Origin: an uncultured Actinomycetes bacterium
Lineage (GTDB): Bacteria > Actinomycetota > Thermoleophilia > RBG-16-64-13
Assembly: GCA_963814415.1 (NCBI GenBank)
Contig: CAWFCN010000001.1
Coordinates: 129,604 to 193,603, forward strand
Direction: 5' to 3'
Length of the DNA stretch: 64,000 bases
The stretch's first letter is position 1. The number at the start of each line of letters is the position of its first letter. The notes under the pieces were generated by a model, which did not search any database, was not told where the DNA came from, and was given only the letters and a program-made list of their open reading frames with translations. Shown here in pieces: positions 58,576 to 64,000 of the stretch. The translations under genes were made by a program, and so were the position numbers.

Positions 58576-60117
58576 ATGAGCTCAGTGGTGTGGATCGTAG
58601 TAGTCCTGGCAGCGGCCATAGTTGCCGCCGTCGGTGGTTTTCTCGGACGCAAATACCTAGGTGAGGCGCGCATCACCTCTGCAGAAGTTGCTGCCCGCAA
58701 GATGCTGGAGGAAGCGGAGCGCGAGGCGGAGTCAGTTAGGCGGGAGGCCCGGGTCGAGCTCAAGGACGAGTTGCATCAAGTTCGTCTGCAGGCGGAGGCT
58801 GAAGTGAAGGAGCGGAGGCAGGAGGTCACGCAACTCGAGAACCGTCTGCTGAGCCGCGAAGAGGCTTTGGACGAAGTGCAGAAGGACATTTCCAGGCGCG
58901 AGCAGTCGGTGGCGGATCGCGAGAACCACTATCGCAAGGTTATCGAGGAAGTAGAAGCCATCAAGGCGCAGGAGTCGCGCCAACTACAAGAAGTCTCCGG
59001 CATGTCCAAGGAGCAGGCGTCTGAACTACTGCTCAAGCGCACGCAGGATGAGGTGCGGCACGACATGGCCAAGATGGTACGCTCCATCGAGGACGAGGCC
59101 CGGCACGAGGGTGACCGTAGGGCCAAAGACATCTTGTCTATCTGCATCCAAAGAGCGGCGGCCAGCCACGTGGCGGACTCCACCGTCTCGGTGGTCCAAC
59201 TGCCCTCTGACGACATGAAAGGGCGCATCATAGGCCGAGAGGGGCGCAATGTGCGGACCCTCGAGAACCTGACCGGTGTGGACTTCATCATCGACGACAC
59301 GCCCGAGGCGGTCGTGCTCTCTGGGTTTGACACGGTACGGCGCGAGATCGCCCGGCTGACCCTGTCGAAGCTGGTGGCCGACGGGCGTATCCACCCGGCC
59401 AAGATAGAAGAGATGTACACCAAGGCCAGAGAAGAGGTGGAGAAGGAGATCCAGGATGCGGGCGAGCAGGCGGTACTCGATGCCAACGTGCATGGAGTCG
59501 CACCTGAACTGCTGAGGCTGCTTGGTCGTCTGAAGTTCCGTACCAGCTACGGTCAGAACGTCCTGGTGCACTCACTCGAAGTTGCGCACTTGGCGGGGAT
59601 GATGGCGAACGAGCTGGGAGTGAATGCCAAGTTGGCCAAGCGCGCGGGTCTCTTGCACGACCTGGGCAAGGCTGTTGATCATGAAGTCGAGGGCTCACAT
59701 GCGGCCATAGGCGGCAACCTTGCTCGCCGGTACGGTGAGTCGGAGGCCGTGGCGCACATCATCGAGGCGCACCACAATGAGGTGGAGCCCGCCACGGTGG
59801 AAGCGGTCCTGGTGGCTGCAGGCGACGCAGTGTCGGGTGCCCGTCCTGGTGCCCGGCGAGAGACCCTTGAGACCTACATCAAGCGGCTGGAGTCATTGGA
59901 GCGCATCGCCGAGAGCAAGAAGGGCGTGGAGAAGTCGTACGCCATCCAAGCCGGCCGTGAGATCCGGGTGCTCGTCAAGCCAGACGAGATCGATGATGAC
60001 GCGGCGAGCCTGCTTTGCCGAGAGATCGCGAAGGAGATCGAGCAAGAACTCGACTATCCCGGGACTATCCGCGTCACTGTCATACGAGAGAGTCGCGCCG
60101 TGGAGTACGCCAAGTAA
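58576..60117 (+). CDS. rny: Ribonuclease Y
   Basis: An N-terminal TM helix, a long coiled-coil, a KH domain ([12 protein letters not shown]) and an HD domain ([10 protein letters not shown]...LLHDLGK) are present. Length is 513 aa. Confidence 0.9.
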   Translation: MSSVVWIVVVLAAAIVAAVGGFLGRKYLGEARITSAEVAARKMLEEAEREAESVRREARVELKDELHQVRLQAEAEVKERRQEVTQLENRLLSREEALDEVQKDISRREQSVADRENHYRKVIEEVEAIKAQESRQLQEVSGMSKEQASELLLKRTQDEVRHDMAKMVRSIEDEARHEGDRRAKDILSICIQRAAASHVADSTVSVVQLPSDDMKGRIIGREGRNVRTLENLTGVDFIIDDTPEAVVLSGFDTVRREIARLTLSKLVADGRIHPAKIEEMYTKAREEVEKEIQDAGEQAVLDANVHGVAPELLRLLGRLKFRTSYGQNVLVHSLEVAHLAGMMANELGVNAKLAKRAGLLHDLGKAVDHEVEGSHAAIGGNLARRYGESEAVAHIIEAHHNEVEPATVEAVLVAAGDAVSGARPGARRETLETYIKRLESLERIAESKKGVEKSYAIQAGREIRVLVKPDEIDDDAASLLCREIAKEIEQELDYPGTIRVTVIRESRAVEYAK

Positions 60118-60167
60118 GACCTCTGGTCGCGGAAGACGCGACTCGAGTCTCTGACCGGGGGCGCAGG

Positions 60168-61496
60168 ATGAGCTCAGGGCGGGCGACTACCTACTATCTG
60201 CGGTCGTTCGGCTGTCAGATGAACGACCACGATTCAGAGCGTATCGCCGGCATGCTGCAAGATATGGGCATGTCGCGCTGCGAGGCGCCCGAGGACGCCT
60301 CCATCCTTGTCTACAACACCTGCTCTATACGCGAGAAGGCCGACAGCAGGCTGGCAGGCCACCTCGGCCTGGTGGCTAGGCTGAAGCGCGATGATCCCAG
60401 CCGGGTGTTGGTGGTAGCGGGTTGTCTGCCCCAAAGCAGACGGGACGACCTGCTCAGCGACTACCCGTTCGTGGATGTACTCGTGGGCCCACAGAGCCTG
60501 CACGAGCTGCCGGGACTGCTTCTCGAGAGAGCGAAGAGCCAGAAGCCGGTGGCGGCCTTCCATGAGACCACGACTCGGTGGAGCGCAGAACTACCCAGGG
60601 TCAGGGTTCAGGGGCCTTGTGCCTGGGTGCAGATCACTGCGGGGTGCTCCAACTATTGCTCCTACTGCATTGTGCCGTACGTGCGGGGACCGGAGGCCTC
60701 GCGCCAAGCACAGGACGTCATCGCAGAAGTGCGCGAGTTGGCCGCCGCGGGAGTACGAGAGGTCGTTCTCTTGGGGCAGAACGTGAACGCCTACGGCAAG
60801 GAGCCTGGCTTCTTAGGGCAAGAGACGTTCGCCGACCTGCTGGACATGGCCTGCGGAGTGCCAGGCATAGACAGAGTCCGCTTCATGACGTCTCATCCCA
60901 AAGACGTGTCTCCCGAGTTGGTCGCCCTCATGGCAAAACCGAACCAGGTTTGCGAGCACGTCCACCTGCCGGTGCAGTCAGGTAGCGACCGCATACTTGA
61001 AGCTATGAGGCGTCGATACGACCGTGAGTCGTACATAGACTTGGTGCGGCACTGGAAGCAGGCGGTGCCTGGACTGGCTCTGACCACCGATCTGATTGTC
61101 GGGTTTCCGGGTGAAACCGAGTCTGACTTCGCGGACACCCTATCGCTGGTCGAAGAGTGCGAGTTCGACGGGGCGTTCACCTTCCTCTATTCACCCAGAC
61201 GAGGGACAGAGGCGGCCGGTCTTCCTGGCCGCGTCGACTCGGCTGTGGCGGCAGGGCGGATGGAGAGGTTGGTAGAGGTCGTGCAGCGCATCGGCCGTAG
61301 AAGGAACGAGGCACTTGTGGGCACTGTTGCCGAAGTGCTGGTCGAAAGGGCGAGCCGCAACGATACCGGCGAGGTGATGGGTCGAACCAGGGGTCACAAA
61401 CCGGTGAATTTCCCCTCAGAAGCCGCCCCGGGCGACATGGTCGAAGTGGAGCTGACCTCCGCGACTTCTACAAGCTTCAGAGGTCTGCAGAGGTGA
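60168..61496 (+). CDS. miaB: tRNA-2-methylthio-N6-dimethylallyladenosine synthase
   Basis: An MTTase N-domain (YYLRSFGCQMNDHDSE), a radical SAM motif (CSNYCSYC) and a TRAM domain are present. It is adjacent to miaA. ATG 60168 is the likely start. The ORF track starts at 60015. Confidence 0.85.
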   Translation: MSSGRATTYYLRSFGCQMNDHDSERIAGMLQDMGMSRCEAPEDASILVYNTCSIREKADSRLAGHLGLVARLKRDDPSRVLVVAGCLPQSRRDDLLSDYPFVDVLVGPQSLHELPGLLLERAKSQKPVAAFHETTTRWSAELPRVRVQGPCAWVQITAGCSNYCSYCIVPYVRGPEASRQAQDVIAEVRELAAAGVREVVLLGQNVNAYGKEPGFLGQETFADLLDMACGVPGIDRVRFMTSHPKDVSPELVALMAKPNQVCEHVHLPVQSGSDRILEAMRRRYDRESYIDLVRHWKQAVPGLALTTDLIVGFPGETESDFADTLSLVEECEFDGAFTFLYSPRRGTEAAGLPGRVDSAVAAGRMERLVEVVQRIGRRRNEALVGTVAEVLVERASRNDTGEVMGRTRGHKPVNFPSEAAPGDMVEVELTSATSTSFRGLQR

Positions 61497-62458
61497 GCCG
61501 TGCTCGCGTGATCGGGCTCTTGGGACCGACAGGGGTGGGTAAGACCGCCGTTGCTGTCGAGTTGGCCAGTCTGCTCGGAACACGGATAGTCTCCTGTGAC
61601 TCCATGCAGGTCTATGCCGGCTTTCCCGTGCTCACCAATCAGCCCTGGGCTCCCGGGGACCGTGGTGATCTGCACGACCTGGTGGGCTTCCTCGACCCAG
61701 GCGAGACGATGTCGGCGGGAGAATATGCGAAGTTGGCGCGGCCTCTCATAGAGGAGGAGTTGGCCGAGCACGGGTGGGCTCTAGTGGTGGGCGGAAGCGG
61801 GCTCTACATGCGGGCAGCGCTGGCACCGCTCGCGGCTACAGGTCCGGTCGATATGGAATTGCGTGAGCGGCTTGAGGAGCGCGCTCGCACTCAGGGGACG
61901 GAAGAGTTGCATGCCGAGCTGGCGCGTTTGGACGCAGCTGCAGCGGCTTCCATAGACCACCGCAACGTCAGGAGGGTCATACGGGCCCTTGAAGCCTTGC
62001 TTGGCGGCGAGCGCTGGTCAGGGCGCGAAGATCTATGGAAACCCGCCTACTATCGGCCGACTCTGATAGTCGGGCTGTCGCTGGAGCGGGCGGTGTTGGC
62101 GGAGAGGATACGCGCTCGCACTGCGACTATGCTTGCCGCGGGAGCTGTGGAAGAGGTGCGCAGGTTCCGCGACGAACGTGGTGACGCTGTCACGCGGCCC
62201 GGGCGCCTGGGCATAAGCAGCGCGATCGGATATGAGCAGATCTGGAAGTACCTTAGCCAAGAGCAAGGTTTGGCGGAGACGGAAGAGCGCTTGTCAGCGG
62301 CCACCAGGGGGTACGCACGGCGCCAGTACACCTGGCTGCGGAAGGTCAGGGACGCTGTTATGATTGAGACCCAAGGCCGAGAGCCGGGCGATATCGCCCG
62401 GCAGATACTGACTCTCGCCGACAATGCGGGGCGCACGAAGGAGACTGACGGAGCATGA
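61493..62458 (+). CDS. miaA: tRNA dimethylallyltransferase
   Basis: The P-loop GPTGVGKT and the DSMQVY motif are present. Confidence 0.9.
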   Translation: MSRARVIGLLGPTGVGKTAVAVELASLLGTRIVSCDSMQVYAGFPVLTNQPWAPGDRGDLHDLVGFLDPGETMSAGEYAKLARPLIEEELAEHGWALVVGGSGLYMRAALAPLAATGPVDMELRERLEERARTQGTEELHAELARLDAAAAASIDHRNVRRVIRALEALLGGERWSGREDLWKPAYYRPTLIVGLSLERAVLAERIRARTATMLAAGAVEEVRRFRDERGDAVTRPGRLGISSAIGYEQIWKYLSQEQGLAETEERLSAATRGYARRQYTWLRKVRDAVMIETQGREPGDIARQILTLADNAGRTKETDGA

Positions 62459-63336
62459 GGGTGGCGAAGTGGCAGGGCTTGGGCAACGACTACCTGGTCA
62501 TCGAGCAGGCAAAGCTGCCTCGCGAGCTGACGGCTGCGGATATCCGCCTGTTGTGCGACAGACATCTAGGGCTGGGCTCTGACGGCATACTCTTGAACTG
62601 CCCACCCAGCGGGTCCGTGGAAGACGCGGTCGCGCGGATGCGCATCTTCAATCCCGACGGCAGCGAGTCCGAGATGTGCGGCAACGGCATGAGGATCTTT
62701 GCCCGCTACTTGCGGTCGCTAGGTTTGGTGGGCGAAGAGGAGTTCTGTGTAGAGACGCTGGCAGGCGCAATACGACCGTGTCTGCTGGCAGACGGCCGGG
62801 TACGTGTCGACATGGGGTACGCCCGTTTTCGCTCCCAGAACATCTCATCCGCGTTGGCGCCGGGCGATGCGGTGGACGCTCTGCTGGAAGTCGGTGGTCA
62901 ATACTTTCGGTTCACTTTTGTAGACGTGGGCAATCCTCACTGTGTCATCTGCGTCGACGATCCCGGCACCTTCGACGTCGAAGGCGTGGGAGCAAGTATC
63001 GAGGTCCACCCGTTCTTCCCCAACAGGGTGAACGTCGAGTTTGTAGCGGTGCAGAAGGATGGTTCGGTCCGCATGCGTGTGTGGGAGCGCGGGGTGGGCG
63101 AGACGCAGGCGTGTGGCACCGGAGCAACTGCCGTCGGGGCGGCGTGCGTGCGCCTGGGTCTAGCGAAGAGTCCGGTCGTGGTGCGCCTGCTAGGGGGGGA
63201 CTTGGTTATAGAGGCGGAACAGGGCGACATTGGCGACGGAGGAGAGTCTCTGCGCGTCCACATGTCGGGGCCCGCAGACGAGGTCTTCACCGCGGAACTG
63301 GGCTCAGAGCTCTTGGCGCGGCTCGGTTGGGGTTAG
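62455..63336 (+). CDS. dapF: Diaminopimelate epimerase
   Basis: GLGNDYLVI and the two catalytic Cys motifs (GNPHCVI, CGTGA) are present. Confidence 0.9.
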   Translation: MRVAKWQGLGNDYLVIEQAKLPRELTAADIRLLCDRHLGLGSDGILLNCPPSGSVEDAVARMRIFNPDGSESEMCGNGMRIFARYLRSLGLVGEEEFCVETLAGAIRPCLLADGRVRVDMGYARFRSQNISSALAPGDAVDALLEVGGQYFRFTFVDVGNPHCVICVDDPGTFDVEGVGASIEVHPFFPNRVNVEFVAVQKDGSVRMRVWERGVGETQACGTGATAVGAACVRLGLAKSPVVVRLLGGDLVIEAEQGDIGDGGESLRVHMSGPADEVFTAELGSELLARLGWG

Positions 63337-63395
63337 GCGTTCGCAGACCAGTGTAGTGGCGGTCCGGCACCGCTGAGGTTACCTAGGAGGCAGTA

Positions 63396-64000
63396 GTGCA
63401 GTTTTCAAAGCGCATGGACAATCTGGCCCCATATCTGTTCGCCGAGATGGAGCGCAAGATAACCGAGAAGCGCAATAGCGGGGTCGATGTGATCAGCCTG
63501 GGCATCGGCGACCCCGACCTGCCTACGCCCGCCTACATTGTGGAAGAGATGCAGCGCCAGGTCGCCGATGCGGCCAATCACCGGTATCCGAGCAACTGGG
63601 GTCTTACGGAGTTCGGAGAGGCGGCAGCCGCCTTCTACAGCAGGCGGTTCGGCGTCGAGCTGGACCCGAAGCTGGAGTTCTTTCCTCTGCTGGGGGCGAA
63701 AGAGGGGCTGGCCCATATTTGCCTATCTATGCTCGACCCGGGTGATCTGGCGCTGGTCCCGGACCCTGGCTATCCGGTCTACGCCGGAGGGTCGATCATC
63801 GTCGGGGCGGAGGTCCGGTATCTCAACCTAGCGCCCGAGAGGGGCTTTCTCCCTGACTTGGACGAGATCTCAGAAGAGGAGGCGCTGCGGGCCAAGGTGC
63901 TGTTCTTGGGCTACCCGAACAATCCCACCACAGCTGTAGTCCAGGACGGCTTCTTCGAAAGAGTGGTGGCGTTCGCCAAGAAGTACGACATCGTCGTGGT
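63396..64000 (+). CDS. dapL: Class I PLP aminotransferase, probably LL-diaminopimelate aminotransferase DapL type (3' end outside window)
   Basis: [12 protein letters not shown]...[17 protein letters not shown]...[10 protein letters not shown]...[10 protein letters not shown] resembles DapL-type LL-DAP aminotransferases. It is adjacent to dapF. GTG 63396 lies 5 nt after an AGGAGG RBS. Confidence 0.65.
   Translation, partial: MQFSKRMDNLAPYLFAEMERKITEKRNSGVDVISLGIGDPDLPTPAYIVEEMQRQVADAANHRYPSNWGLTEFGEAAAAFYSRRFGVELDPKLEFFPLLGAKEGLAHICLSMLDPGDLALVPDPGYPVYAGGSIIVGAEVRYLNLAPERGFLPDLDEISEEEALRAKVLFLGYPNNPTTAVVQDGFFERVVAFAKKYDIVV

Overview
This is a high-GC (~65-68%) window of about 64 kb with strong GC3 codon bias. 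Reading the ORF translations, it is a densely packed, almost entirely plus-strand block of core housekeeping genes, with no rRNA, tRNA, CRISPR or obvious mobile element. The gene order is: pyrD' - mihF - gmk - rpoZ - coaBC; a sigma-70 (RpoD-like) gene on the minus strand; then plsX - acpP - rnc - smc - ftsY - ffh - rpsP - KH protein - rimM - trmD - lepB (frameshifted). An ECF sigma factor with a DUF5667-type anti-sigma follows on the minus strand. The plus-strand run then resumes: rplS - rnhB - yraN - comM - dprA - xerC - whiG-like sigma - rpsB - tsf - pyrH - frr - uppS - cdsA - dxr - rseP - ispG - proS - rimP - nusA - ylxR - infB - DUF503 - rbfA - nrnA - truB - ribF; a CWB2/PG-binding/L,D-transpeptidase surface protein; then rpsO - pnp - M16 peptidase - dapB - RNase J - ftsK - RodZ-like - rimO - pgsA - thpR - recA - recX - RNase Y - miaB - miaA - dapF - dapL'. 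The synteny is mostly actinobacterial (mIHF-gmk-rpoZ-coaBC, trmD...lepB-rnhB-yraN-comM-dprA-xerC, whiG near rpsB, pepR-dapB, recA-recX-miaB-miaA-dapF). It also carries Firmicutes-like traits: RNase Y, a RodZ-like gene before pgsA-recA, and CWB2 repeats. No single obvious novel system is present. The points most worth a second look are: a perfect LexA (Cheo/SOS) box inside a second promoter upstream of the RpoD-like sigma gene; a 1-nt frameshift in the signal peptidase I gene next to an inserted ECF sigma/anti-sigma pair that interrupts the trmD-rplS cluster; a lineage-specific cell-wall protein wedged between ribF and rpsO; and leader regions with internal intrinsic terminators upstream of rny and rimP-nusA-infB.
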